Notes: a model not told the origin generated them from the sequence alone. A stretch of 64,000 nt of DNA from Octopus vulgaris (GCA_951406725.2 OX597824.1:77252001-77316000), one strand, 5' to 3'; counted from the first letter of the stretch, positions 1 to 12,859 are shown. A program made the numbers and translations.

Positions 1-2
1 AC

Positions 3-255
3 AGGTGGTGGGCAATTAGGAGAGTGGACATAATAAGAATAGCGATTGGTTCACTTGGCAAAATAACTCTCACATACCAGTGTGGTTCGAAAAGATTGGT
101 ACAAATGTAAAGATAGAACACCTACAAAAATCATCATTGCTTGGAACTGTAAGAATTCTCAGCAGGATTCTTGAAGCATGATCAGTAAATAAGTATCACC
201 TTTAGTCTGCTGGCTGTGGGCAGCTGACACTTTCCATCATACCCAGCAAAAATAT
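3..255 (+). mobile_element. 3' end of R4/Dong-type (restriction-like endonuclease) non-LTR retrotransposon, frameshifted
   Basis: Translates WAIRRVDIIRIAIGSLGKI / frameshift / WFEKIGTNVKIEHLQKSSLLGTVRILSRILEA* (stop 179-181), resembling the R4/Dong C-terminal pattern (IGALG...LQK..LLGT.RILR.VL); short 3'UTR follows. Confidence 0.7.
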
Positions 256-584
256 CTATATTACCCTATGCTGACAAATGTTATAATTAATGAATTAATC
301 ATGCTAACATTGATGTTAACATAATTAACAGTGTTATTACAGCATCAGGAAGAATGCCTTGTGATATTGATTCCAATGATCTATGTTCTAGACCCCAAGC
401 TCAAATCCCACTACTGTCAGCATTACCTTTCATCCTTTTGGGGGTTAATAAAAAAAACAGGCCACTCTGTTGCAAGCATTCAGACAAGATTTTTTTTGTT
501 TTATGTTCCTCTCTCTAATCCCTCTCTGTGACCCTATGAGCATCATGGGTACTGTACTTCCAGTTAACAGTAAAAAAAAAATAA

Positions 585-615
<31 letters not shown>

Positions 616-840
616 TCTCAGAACTATTTCATTTCTGAACAGTTTTATTTATCTATACCAATAAATGTATGATCTTGCATAACTACTTTGTAGTTCCTTT
701 CATAAATTCTTAATCAACACTAATGAAAACTTTGCTTCATTAAGGAGAAAATTATAAGATTGAAACATGTTAGAAATTGTCTTCCATAATTAGAAGAAAA
801 TGAATTAGTCATTGACTTATATGTGTTTTTTTTATCACAA

Positions 841-890
841 CATCATCATTATCGTTTAGCGTCTGCTTTCCATGCTAGCATGGGTTGGAC
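841..890 (-). mobile_element. SINE-D 3' tip with (GAT)n tail
   Basis: catcatcattatcgtttagcgtctgctttccatgctagcatgggttggac matches the end of longer copies (e.g. 6911-7412). Confidence 0.75.
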
Positions 891-987
891 AACATGTTTA
901 TCTTTAGTTAGCATGTGTGTGTGCGTGCATATATATGCACACATCTGTATGTATGTATGTATGTATGCATGTATGTATGTATGTATG

Positions 988-1020
<33 letters not shown>

Positions 1021-1021
<1 letters not shown>

Positions 1022-1217
1022 AAGGGAAAGTTTAGGAAAATAAACAAAAGACAAAGGCAGGTGGTGTACAAAACAAACAGATGTATTAGTATAGTGCTCA
1101 GGAATAGAAAAGTTTTTTACATTTCAAGCCTACGCTCTTCTACAGAAGGTACACAGAAAAAAACAAGGAGAGAAACAAGGAGAAAAAACAAAGGAGAGAA
1201 AAAAATGTGTGTAGTGG
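1021..1217 (-). mobile_element. Short hammerhead-bearing element, family X (Penelope/retrozyme-like)
   Basis: Homologous to 44458-44665; between (TA)n and (GATA)n; minus strand reads CTGTAGA-AGAGC-GTAG-GCTT-GAAATGTA at 1113-1149. Confidence 0.6.
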
Positions 1218-1231
1218 CTAAGAGAGGTGAA

Positions 1232-1252
1232 TAAATAAATAGATAGGTAGAT

Positions 1253-1345
<93 letters not shown>

Positions 1346-1468
1346 TAGATAGATAGATAGATTGATAGATAGATAGAAAGATAGAGAGATAGATAGATAG
1401 ATAGATAGATAGATTGATAGAGAGATAGAGAGATAGATAGATAGATAGAAAGATAGATAGATAGATAA

Positions 1469-1534
<66 letters not shown>
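1232..1534. repeat. (GATA)n microsatellite
   Basis: About 300 bp of near-perfect GATA repeats; source of the IYLS-repeat ORF. Confidence 0.98.
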
Positions 1535-2147
1535 GTATTCTATGCATTAAATATGTAAGTAATAACTTTATTTCATATCATACTTTGGCTCTCTATGACA
1601 GCTCATCTCACACAAGCAGACTGCTGCACCTCTTCTAAATGCATATGTATCTTATTTATGTCAAATCACAGTTTTTCTTCAAATCAGTAAAGACATTTCA
1701 GAAACTCATAGCTTAATTAATATTGTTCAGATATTTCACTCTGAAGTGAATAAAAACTTGAAAAAAAACCCCAAAAAAACTGTTCATCTTATCATTGAAA
1801 CATTTATCAAATAATATTTAAGTCACAAACGTTGATCAGTAATTTTTTTTTTCTTTTGAAGCCGAGGGTGACTTTTACACATTAAATTTCTGATTATTTT
1901 TTAAACTGGAGATGATTTTTCATAAGCTAATATGAGATTTTCTTTTCTTTTCTTTTCTTTTTTTTAATTTTTCATACACTTGGTGACTTTTAAGCATAAA
2001 ACTATTTTTCATCTGTTGATATTTAATAACCTTTGGGTTTTTCAAACTGTAGCTAACTTGTAGATATGACGATATGAAACTTTTGAAAAAGAAAAATATG
2101 GGTGTCTTTTGCACATGATAATACAAGAAATAGTTTGTGAAACCCTG

Positions 2148-2371
2148 TTAATCATTTGTTACCATATTTCTCTTGAAATACACAATCTATGTTTCAATTA
2201 ATTTTTCAAGAAATAAAGAATTTAGTAAAATAACTTCATCATTAAGGAATTGTTTAGAATATGAACATGAAATCTTGACAGAAGCTTTTAAATGTTGATG
2301 ATTTCAAAGCAAAAAATTTTGTATGAGAGAACCAAGGACAGTCACAGCTGGGTTGGCATTGAAAGGGTTAA
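2148..2371. mobile_element. TTAA-flanked (piggyBac-type) MITE, family 1
   Basis: TTAA at both ends, right end GAAAGGG-TTAA; homologous along its length to 58284-58524. Confidence 0.6.
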
Positions 2372-2593
2372 AGACCCATTCTTCAGTTTCCCTAGGGTCA
2401 CATTCCAAGAATGCATTGTGAGTAAGAGGCACCAACTGCTAGTAGTAGATTTAAGCCATTACTCAGTTAAATACCATCACTAGGCATTTGGATGTCTTCA
2501 GTAAAATTTACTTTGTTTCTGGGCTCAGGTTATTTCCACACAAGTGCTCCTGTCCTATTTGTCTCTCCTTCTTTCATCACCATTGCCTTGTCG

Positions 2594-2816
2594 AACCATT
2601 TAACATCCAGATTACTCTGTAAAACTGCTTATTCATTGACACTATCTTGAATTAATTGTGCATTGCCTTGTAGCTTTACGATTTCAATGAGGTGATTGTT
2701 TACTTTCAGAACAACATTATAAGGTTGGTATAAGAGGCCAGATCTGACCAGTTTTAACATAAAACAAATAGAATATTTGAGCTGGATATGGTCAGTTTAA
2801 ATGCTAAAAAGTTGAA
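2594..2816. mobile_element. piggyBac-type MITE, family 2 (degenerate)
   Basis: Ends aaccatttaacat / atgctaaaaagtt; homologous to 48252-48454 and, reversed, to about 26009-26090. Confidence 0.55.
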
Positions 2817-3224
2817 GGTCTCCTTACTAATCACTATGTTCAGTTTTAATTTCCCAGAATACTGGGCCTTTGGAAATCCTTCCATTTTCATAATGTTTTC
2901 CTGCAGTTATTTAGAGACAAAGGTTCAAACAGAACATTAATTGCATCAGTTTCATAAGCTGAAGAGATTCTCCTAAGGCCAAGGGTATTGTACTTTCCTC
3001 CAAACCCAGCAAATTAAAAGAAAAAATAAATAGGTCTTCGGTTTGAGAACAACCATATCTCTTGTTCTATACCAGTTTTGGAGGCTATGTAAATAGATCT
3101 TAGGTGTTACTACTTTATCCCTGGCTTATTTTGACTTAGGACAGTCACAAGGCTCATGACGCATAAGGTTTACAAGGTGTATAAATAATTCAGTTTACAA
3201 ACACTCCCAATTGAATGGGAGATA

Positions 3225-3398
3225 GGTCCATCATTGGGTTAACTTTCTAACCATTACTGGAACTCATTTACAGCTGAGAAGACTGGGACAAAGTGAAATG
3301 AAGTGTTTTGCTCAAGAGGACAATGCACTGCCCAGTCTAGGAAATGAAATCATGATCATATGATCATGAGCATAACACTTTAACCACTATGCCACACA
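3225..3398 (-). mobile_element. SINE-E (tRNA-like head plus CORE-like segment), old copy
   Basis: gtgaaatgaagtgttttgctcaag...aaccact shared with 47080-47306 and 32985-33217. Confidence 0.65.
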
Positions 3399-3744
3399 TC
3401 TTGAATCACTTTTGAGAGCTCCTGACCTAGAGTGTAGGAATTTTGTGGAAAATACGAGGTATTCCGCCAAGAAAGTTTCATAGGTAACTTTTTCCTTTCC
3501 ATGTAGAACTGTAATTATTTGATTTTGGTATAAACTACACTAATTTCCAATTTCAAAAATCAAAATTAAATTAAAAAGATTTACCTGTAAATCCAATAAA
3601 TCATTTGACTTTTGGTAAGTTTAGTTTCCTGTTAAATAATTCCATTTCTGAAACAGAAAAAAAAAATGAGATAAAATTACTAATTAATTATAATTTCAAT
3701 AAATTTGTTTCTGAAAGAGGAGAAAATAAATAAAAATAAATGTT

Positions 3745-4189
3745 TCTTTCAGTTTCCATCTACCAAATCCACCCACAAGGCTTTGGTTGACCCAAGGCTA
3801 TAGTAGAAAACGCTTGCCCAAGGTGTCATGCAGTGGGACTGAACATGGAGCCGTGTGGATGGGAAGCAAGCTTCTTACCACACAGCCATGCCTGCACCTA
3901 TTTCATATTATTTTTGTCTTTTATTTTTTACTTGTTTCAATCTCTGGACTGTGGCCATGCTACTGCACTGTCTTGAAGAGTTTAATCAAACAAATTGAAT
4001 CCCATACTTGTTTTTAAGTTTGACAGTTTGGTTCTTATTTTATCAGTCTCATTTGCTGAACTGCTAGATTATAAGGATATAAACAAAACAACAATGGTTG
4101 TCAAACAGTCTGTGTGTGTGTGTGTAAACACAAAATAAACATACATATATTTATATATACACACATACATAAATACACACACACATACA

Positions 4190-4220
<31 letters not shown>

Positions 4221-4398
4221 CAAACATACATACATATCTGACAAATCCACAGTTCCCATCTACCAAATTCACTCACAAAACATTGTTTGACCCAGGGCTA
4301 TGGTAATAGACGCTTGCCCAAAATGCTGTGCAGTGGGACTGAACCTAACACCATGTGCGATTACAAAGAGACCTTTTTAACCTCACAGCCACCCCTGT
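3745..4398 (-). mobile_element. Two adjacent SINE-A copies (head fragment 3745-3898; diverged full copy about 3918-4398)
   Basis: cttgcccaaggtg..cagtgggactgaac..cttaccacacagcca motif twice; internal (CATA)n. Confidence 0.8.
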
Positions 4399-4437
4399 GC
4401 TTGTATAGTTAAAATCTTGTTACATCATGAATGCACC

Positions 4438-4750
4438 CAGCTTAGTGGTTAAGGTGTTCAGCTCATGATTGTAAGGCCATGAGTTCAATTGCTGGTGACA
4501 TGTTGTGTACTTGAGCAAGACACTTTATTTCGCGCTGATCCAGTCTACTCAGTTGGCAAAAATGAGTAGTACCTGTAATTCAATGGGCCATCTTTATCTC
4601 ACTCGGTGTCACACTGAATCTCCCTGGGAACTACATTAAGGGTACACACGTCTGTGGGGTACTAAGCCACTTCCATGTTAATTACATCAGCAAGCTGTTC
4701 TGTTGATCAAACCAACTGGAACCCTTGTCATCGTAATCGATGGAGTGCCA
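4438..4750 (+). mobile_element. SINE with E-type head and B-type tail
   Basis: Head gcttagtggttaagg...gagttcaatt...cttgagcaagacac; from about 4568 it matches the tail of 63274-63657 (aactacattaagggtacacacgtctgtgg...gatggagtgc). Confidence 0.75.
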
Positions 4751-4801
4751 TGACTCCCCATTAGAAATAAAGGTTTTCGGTTCAAATTCCTGTTGGTATG
4801 A

Positions 4802-5145
4802 ATTACGGATTCCATGGACAGCGAGGCTCACCAATGGAGAGGTTCTTATGCAGATCAGGCCAAAAATGTCACTAGAAGCTAGGATCACCAAGCATAGATT
4901 GGCATATTTTGGTCATATTATGCAGAGAAAATCCCTGGAGAAGGACATCATGCTCGGAATAGTCAGTGGCAAGAGAGGAAGAGGCCGACCAAGAACCCAC
5001 TGGCTTGACACCATCAAGAGTGATACCGGAATAGACATAGCCAATCTGAAAGAAGCGGCCCAGGATAGAACTGACTGGAGGACACTGATCCATGGAGTAA
5101 CCGAGAGTCGACTTCGACTGAGCGGATAGATAGATAGATAGATGA
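4802..5145 (+). mobile_element. RTE-clade (BovB-like) LINE 3' end, 5'-truncated, with (GATA)n tail
   Basis: LRIPWTAR..NGEVL...RLAYFGHIMQR.SLEKDIMLGIVSGKRGRGRPRTHWLD...QDRTDWRTLIHGVTESRLRL*; frame open to the stop at 5129. Confidence 0.93.
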
Positions 5146-5969
5146 ATTAGTCAGATAAAGATAGTAAGAAATACATATGAATGAAATGAAAAAAGGGTTG
5201 GGAATTGGGCAATAAAGTGGAATAGATATTGTATAAATGTAATACTGTATAAATGTCAATATATATACTCCAAAGACAAATTTAATAGTTTGAACCAATC
5301 TTAGGACTTCAATAAAAATAACAATGCAATGATTCAGGAGATTAAAAACAAAACAACAACCGATGTTTTATGACTGAAAAATGTTATTTATCATGCGAGT
5401 AGATCTCGGTCATAGCCATGACAACAAGGCCCAAATTTTATGTCATTGCTTCACTTAATAGTCATACTACTAGTGGAATCACCATAAATACAACTAGCAC
5501 CAGTATGCTCACACTCACACAGACGCATAAAGTATCTAAGCAGAGTAATGACAAGCTACGATGACATTACTGATTACAGTAACGTTATAGATCTCTCCAT
5601 CCCGCATCTATCCACTCTTCATTCCGCATCTATCCACACCCACTAACAAAAGAAATTGAGGAGATAATTGGCAATCAGATAATGAAAGTAGGGATGTGAT
5701 TTAAATAATAGGAATGAAAAAAAAAAATATGAGGTTCTGTTGGTTTTGATGTTGTTATTGTTGACAGAAGTGCTGTTTATTTTGAATGTATCTAAAAAAT
5801 TATTCACACTTATTGAAAGAGCACATGTGACTTAATTGAGTGTTTGTGTGTGCATGCATGTAAAAGAGAGAGTGTGTGATTATGTGTATGTATGTGTGAT
5901 TTGAAAACATTCCAGAAAATGAGCAATAGTCATCATTTGTGAATGTATTTACATCAGGAAAAATTTGTA

Positions 5970-6240
5970 AGGCAGTGCGCTAGTAGAATTGGTAGCACCG
6001 GACACATATTAGGGTTGATGCAATCAATGTACCCTTCCCCTCAAAATTTCAGGCCTTATGCCTATAACAGAAAGGAGCAGAAAAGGGCTATTAAGGTTGC
6101 CAGCTGGCAGAATCATTACCAAACCAGGCAAAATACTTAGCAGCATTTTGTCCTTTGCATTCAGGGTTCAAATTCCACCAAGGCTGACTTTACCTTTGTC
6201 CTTTCAGGGTCAACAAAAAAAGTATGAGATGAGCACTGGG
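5970..6240 (+). mobile_element. Two degenerate SINE-C/F fragments
   Basis: caaaatttcaggccttatgcctataacagaaagga tail; second head gctggcagaatc...ggttcaaattccaccaaggctgactttacct. Confidence 0.6.
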
Positions 6241-6245
6241 AATAA

Positions 6246-6522
6246 TCATCATCATCATCGTCGTCGTCATCGTTTAACGTCCGCTTTCTATGCTAGCATG
6301 GGTTGGACGATTTTGACTGGCGAACCAAATGGTTGCACCAGTCTCCAATCTTGATTTGGCAGAGTTTCTACAGCTGGATGCCCTTCCTAATGCCAACCAC
6401 TCCGAGAGTGTAGTGGGTGCTTTTTACGTGACACTGGCACGGGGAGGCCAGTCAGGCAGCACTGGCAACGACCTCGCTCGAATCCTTTTACACATGCCAC
6501 CAGCACAGGTGCCAGTAAGGCG
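6246..6522 (-). mobile_element. SINE-D
   Basis: (CAT)n-cgtttaacgtccgc...cagctggatgcccttcctaatgccaaccac core. Confidence 0.85.
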
Positions 6523-6910
6523 ACAGCTGACTAACTCCTCACCGCCACAAAATTTTAGGCTTTGTGCCTATAATAGGAAGGATTAGAATGTTCTATTTAT
6601 ATTTTTCCATTCGACTTTTAATAGGTGCAGCAATAGCTGTGTAGTCGGGAAGTTTGATTTGCAAACATATGGCTTCAGTTTCAGTTTTGTTGCCCAATAC
6701 ACACGCATACACACACACACACACATACACACACATCGTCAGTAAATTATAAATCCGAAAGAGAAACACACATTAAGTTATAGAGCAGTAGAGTAATTAG
6801 ATACAAACAGCTATGGCTGGCTGATGGAGTTACTCTGGGTTTCATGTCAAAAAAGTGCTTCACTTTGCAATGTTTCTTCAAACCTTAATGGCTGTTGGCC
6901 TATATATATA

Positions 6911-7412
6911 TCATCATCATCATCATCATCGTTTAACGTCCGTTTTCCGCGCTAGCACGGGTTGGACGGTTCGACTGGGGTCTGGGAAGCCAGGGGCTGC
7001 ACCAGGCTCCAGTCTGATCTGGCAGAGTTTCTTCAGCTGGATGCCCTTCCTAACGCCAACCACTCCGCGAGTGTAGTGGGTGCTTTTTACGTGCCACCTG
7101 CACAGGTGCCAGGGGGTGGGGTCCGGCATCGGCCACGATCGGTTGGAGCTTTTAACGTGCCACCGGCACGGAAGCCACCCAAGGCGGAGCTGGCAACGGC
7201 CGTGCTTCGGATGGTGCTTTTTATGTGCCACCGACACAGAAGCCAGTCGGGGCGGCGCTGGCATCGGCCACGTTTGGATGGTGCTTTTTATGTGCCACCG
7301 GCACAGAAGCCAGTCGGGGCGGCGCTGGCATCGGCCACATTCGGATGGTGCTTTTTATGTGCCACCAGCACAGAAGCCAGTCGAGGCGGCGCTGGCAACG
7401 AGTCAAGGCGGC
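6911..7412 (-). mobile_element. SINE-D, young CpG-rich copy with five ~67-bp internal units
   Basis: (CAT)n tail; GGATGCCCTTCCTAACGCCAACC core; units start at 7079, 7145, 7213, 7280, 7347. Confidence 0.9.
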
Positions 7413-8528
7413 ATATATATATATAAAGTATGTGATTGAATATTATCTGGTAATTGATATTTGATTTCGATGTATTTCTCCATTTTCTTATTTTGTATTA
7501 TGAATTTGTGGTAAAACATTTTACCTTTGCCCATATAATACAATAAATGAATTAATTGTATCGCAATTCTTAACATTTATGTATTAACTTTGTTGGGTAC
7601 CTCACTAGCAGTATATTGGATATATGGTATCCCATGGTGGGTTGCATTTACAACCCCATCTCAATTTGTATATATATATATATATATTTATACTTATGTT
7701 TGAGTATATTTGCCTCTACAAATTTTAATTAACTCATCATGCAAGACGATCAAAATGCAGGCATTAAAATGATGATGTTGATGAAGATTATTATGATGTT
7801 AATGATAATCATGATAATGATGGAGATAGTAGTAGTGATGATGATGATGAAGTGAATAACGTGTTTCTCAGAGAAGATGATTTGATTTAAGGTCTGTTGG
7901 ATTATGGTCAACTTGGAACTAAACAACAACTACTGAAAATGGTAAAAGCATATGATAGCACTGGACTAAACGCATACCAGGAATTCAGCTGAGCACCATG
8001 TTATAAGGCACATGACTTACAAGGATTGTTGATCACTTTGCAATAATTAAATAGTTAACACCAGGTCTCAGCCCTGGTGTTAAATGAACCAAATATCAAG
8101 GATATTCAAATAGTAACCACTTAATGATTTTTCCTTGAGTATTTATATTATTTAGTACTACAGTATCTAATATGTGCACCTCCCTCCGACCTCCACCTCA
8201 TCACTTTCCAAAACAGTAAAGTGTGGATTGAGGGAGATTTGGCTGTTGTTTCTAGTAGGCCAAGAGACTCCGACAAAGACCCTCTCATTGATTCAGTATA
8301 AAACAGGGTTGTTGCAACCACCACCACCACCACCACCACCACCACCACCACTACCACTACCACTACCACTACTACTACATTTCTGATTAGCAGCTGTAAT
8401 TAGTATTATAAACATGATAACCCTAATTAGTAGCTGTCTGAAAAGGTCATGAAAATATTGCCTTCCTATTTGGGCATAGTTTTTATACAGATATGATAAT
8501 AATAATAATAATAATAATAGCAATAATA

Positions 8529-8563
<35 letters not shown>

Positions 8564-9254
8564 AATGCCTTCTTAATAATGTTCAGCAAGGTAGCTTGCA
8601 AATAATAATCGAAGGTGTTCAGTTGTAATAAATGCTTTAATTGGTTTTCATTCCTGAGAATTTTTAAAAGAACACTTCAGTTAGAAATATTCTCTGAAAT
8701 ACAAATATGACTGGACTTGAAAAACAAAATGTTTAAAAACAAAGCCAAAAATAAAAATAATGATGATAATAATAAAACTAGAAAAGCACTCAGAGAGCGC
8801 AGACCTCCACCAAGCAGCTCATTTCCACCCATATACACACATGCTGAAATTTAATTCATCCTTAGTCGAAAGACACCTGTTGTTATGTCCTGTTATTTGC
8901 ATTTGTATTTGTGTAACATTTCTCCGTCTTTTTTCCGTCCTTGTTTACATATATATTCGCTGCTTTCTTCCAAGGAATCTAATGCTCTTAGCTTAGATTT
9001 CCCTTGGGGCTGGCCAGATTGGAGCAATCTCAAGTATAACCAGCTGAAATTGCAAAGATAATCTGGAACTCGACTGAGGAAAGAGAACTCCGAATGACTC
9101 GTCCTTGTTTCCTTGTATCATCTGTCTGGATGTTTTGTTGTCCCTTTTTTGTATCACCTAACTGTCTGGATGTTTTGCGCTCTTGTCCCATTTTGGTATT
9201 TTATATATATATATATTTTATATATATATATATATATAAAATATATATATATCT

Positions 9255-9460
9255 TTTCTACTATAGGCAGAAGGTCTGAAATTTTGGGGAAGGGGGCTAG
9301 TTGATTACATTGACCCCAGTGTGTAACTGGCACTTATTTCATCAACCCTGAAAGGATGAAAGGCACAGTTGACCATGGCAAAATTTGAACTCAGAACATA
9401 CGGATGGACCCAATGCAGCTAAGCACTTTGCTTGACGTGCTAACAATTCTGACAGCTCGT
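9255..9460 (-). mobile_element. SINE-F (Nin/Deu-like domain, short tail)
   Basis: aaccctgaaaggatgaaaggcacagttgacc...tttgaactcagaac; homologous to 63804-64000. Confidence 0.8.
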
Positions 9461-9517
9461 TATCTTTATATGTAGGTATATATATATATTTATATATATA
9501 TATATATACATACACAC

Positions 9518-9557
<40 letters not shown>

Positions 9558-9758
9558 ATAATTTTTTGGCTGCTGTTTCTAATAGTTTGGTATGTGGTAA
9601 AGCAATTTTTTTGCTGAACCCTAATTATATAAAATAATGTTTAAATTTACCGTAAATGGTCCTTTTACATACTGAACACTGCTTGGTAAAATTATTAATT
9701 ACTAATTAATTAATTAATTAATTTTACCCTTATTATTATATATATATACATATATATA

Positions 9759-9800
<42 letters not shown>

Positions 9801-10661
9801 AACATGTATGTATGTATGTATGTACACAATACTAATGATACTCAGCATACACCTGTGAACCTGAGCTGAGAATACAATAGGGAGGGAGCACATACCCATA
9901 GTATTCAGGATAATCTTTGTTATGTGAGATTCCTTGACTGAGTTTAGTTAGCTATTCTACACATTGCAGGCTGGTTTTATGTCATTTCTTTCATGTACAT
10001 TATAGCATTCTAGGTTCTAGGTACCCTATGACTGAAGGAAAACAAAAGACAGGAAGTCCACAACTTAGTATTATTTTGATTACAGACATGTCAATCAAAG
10101 CTGACCAGGGGCCAAACAATAACTATATTCATAGAGACATTTGTTACCTATAATATCAAATATTTGAGCAGTAATATTGTGAAGATGGGATTGTCACTAA
10201 AAGTATTATGAAAAAGATTACATCAACGTGTACTTGAAATATTATAGTATCTTTAGCTTTTAATTTGAGGTCAACCTTGATTAAGCAGACTTATAATCAA
10301 AGAAAGACATTCCAGTAATGAAAACACTATCGTTTTAGGGGTATGTTGGATTATATCTTCTAACGTGACCTTTCCTCTTATACATAAAAGAATTTATCTG
10401 ATTTGTGAGAAATTTAGCTATTATTTCTAGTGGTTACAGCAACCAGGTAGAGGTTCCTAGATTTGGTGTGTGTCCTACAAATATATATTATATCCAAAGT
10501 GCATTGAAAAAATATGCAAAATATTTCAAGAGTGCATTGTATGATTCAGTAAATAATACAAAAAAATTGTTTGAATTTTTAGGCGTTATCTCAAAAAGAT
10601 AAATGTGACGAGATTTATAGAGGTAGAGGATTAGATTCATATCTACCTTCAAAACGTTAGA

Positions 10662-10699
<38 letters not shown>

Positions 10700-10823
10700 G
10701 TGTGCATGTGTGTGTGAGTGTGCATATGTGTGCCTGTTCGTGTATGTGCATGTATGTGTGTGTCAGTGTGTGTATGTATGTGAGTGAGTGTGTGTGTGTT
10801 TGTATATATATATATACATAATA

Positions 10824-10879
<56 letters not shown>

Positions 10880-10974
10880 CAGCAAAAATTTAGATTCAGA
10901 TGAATATGGTACTTAAGTTGAGGCACCAGAATTTAATACGGTATTATCCATACAATTTCAAAGTAATGTTTTTG

Positions 10975-11060
10975 TGCAGCTGAAGATTATCTACATTTTA
11001 AATTGATGTAATGATTGCATTCTTCAAATAAATGGAGTTGCATGAAACGATCGTACTGCA
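10975..11060 (+). ncRNA. Type I hammerhead ribozyme candidate with intact core
   Basis: Stem I TGCAG/CTGCA; CTGAAGA (10980-86); long imperfect stem II; GAAA (11044-47); palindromic stem III ACGATCGT; GUA cleavage triplet. Confidence 0.65.
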
Positions 11061-11181
11061 TTACCTTTGGATATCCTTGTTGCTTATTTTAATTTTTATA
11101 TAGAAAGATAGATAGATAAATAGATAGATAGATAGATATTATATATCTGTTTCGTCTGTATGCATGAATGCATGTATGCAT

Positions 11182-11233
<52 letters not shown>

Positions 11234-11234
11234 C

Positions 11235-11309
<75 letters not shown>

Positions 11310-12442
11310 CACATGCAGACATATGTACACACATATATGTATATACGTACACATGTATATTTATATATATTTCTGTATCTAAGGAGAGGCTTATTTTACC
11401 AATTGGCTTTATACACGAGAGTTAGGGAAGAATACCTATCCCTAGCACTCATCAGAAGGGCTGATATGAAGAACATGTTTTCATCCGACTTTGTATCACA
11501 TCATACCACATTCTTTATGTCTGTTTCCATTTGTATGTGATGTTATTCTTGGCTGTTACAAGCAAACTTATCTTCCTTTACAGATTCAATTAACAAAGTT
11601 GACATGTTGATACAATTACACCTGTCTTATCGGCTACAACATAGATGCTATGATATAGAACTGCAGTATTGTGTGGCTTGAAACAAGGACTAGATAGACA
11701 TCCAACAACTGATGAAGATTCCTTTCTCTGTGTTAACTTGTCCTGTTTTCCATTTTTTTCTTTTTTCTCGTTTATGTATTTCACTCATCTTTCTCTCATT
11801 TGTTTATGTATTTCTTGTTACTTGCACTGTTGGTCACGTCCTGTACTCATATATGCGTGGATATATATATGTCTTATATATTATTTATTACTTAATTGAA
11901 CGTGACGCATTCATTTCCAAGTAAGTATATATATATATATTATAGTAAGGGCATTACTACATGTAAATGCCTCATGCATGAGACATTTATGTGTAGTAAT
12001 GCCCTTAATATAATGAATGTATTTGAAGGGAATAATAATAAATTTTTCCCTTATATGATTTTCACGCTGACTACTTGATAAATTCTTATATAGATTTTAG
12101 CTTATATTTAATTTTAAATAAATATACACACACACACACATACATATATACATGTATACAGACACAGACACACACACGCACACACATATATATATACACA
12201 CATAAGCAAATTATATATATATGGGGTTTAGTAAAGAAAGAGATTGCTCTTTCCAGGGATGTCTTACATCCAAGCTTCCTCTGGTTTATCCAATATATCT
12301 TAGAATTTACCGGAATTTGATTCTCTAGTGTCGGTATTAGTGTTTAATACACTAGTACTGTACTCATTATAGAGTTCCAGTAGTCCGTATAAATGTTTCC
12401 CTCTGACTTGATATATGCAAACAGAAATTTAGCAGTATATTA

Positions 12443-12776
12443 ATATAAGAAAATGGGTGAGTTTGAATACAGCCAAATCAATTTATTTACATAGCTGTTG
12501 ATTATGTAAGATCTATGATTGTTTCAATATCTGCCTTCATTCCTTTTACAATTAACAATTGCATTATGAATTCAGAAGACAGAAATTTCTTCAGGGTTCA
12601 ACTCTCAGTCTATTAGGATGTAAATGACGTAACATATCAATTTTGACCCTGAAAAGATTTCTGCCTTCTGAATTCATAATGCAATTGTTAAATGCAAAAT
12701 GAATGAAGGCAGATATTGAAACGTAATCAAAAGGTATGTAAATAAATTGATTTGCCTGTATTCACACTCACCATTT

Positions 12777-12784
<8 letters not shown>
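12443..12784. repeat. Long inverted repeat of two divergent hammerhead-bearing units
   Basis: Arms about 12443-12600 and 12641-12784 are reverse complements (left arm has a ~14-nt insertion); 40-nt spacer; abuts (TA)n. Confidence 0.9.

Positions 12785-12855
<71 letters not shown>

Positions 12856-12859
<4 letters not shown>

Noticed and set aside
7079-7412. CRISPR-like periodicity
   Set aside because: Whole 67-bp units repeat with no unique spacers, there are no cas genes, and the context is eukaryotic
6329-7464. Overlapping ORFs containing FLQLDALPNANH, also recurring at 16559, 32595 and 43272
   Set aside because: Chance open frames through SINE-D copies; the recurrence reflects DNA repeat identity
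8777-8825. actagaaaagcactcagagagcgcagacctcc, resembling a Helentron-type terminus
   Set aside because: Only about 45 bp, recognised from memory, with no matching other end
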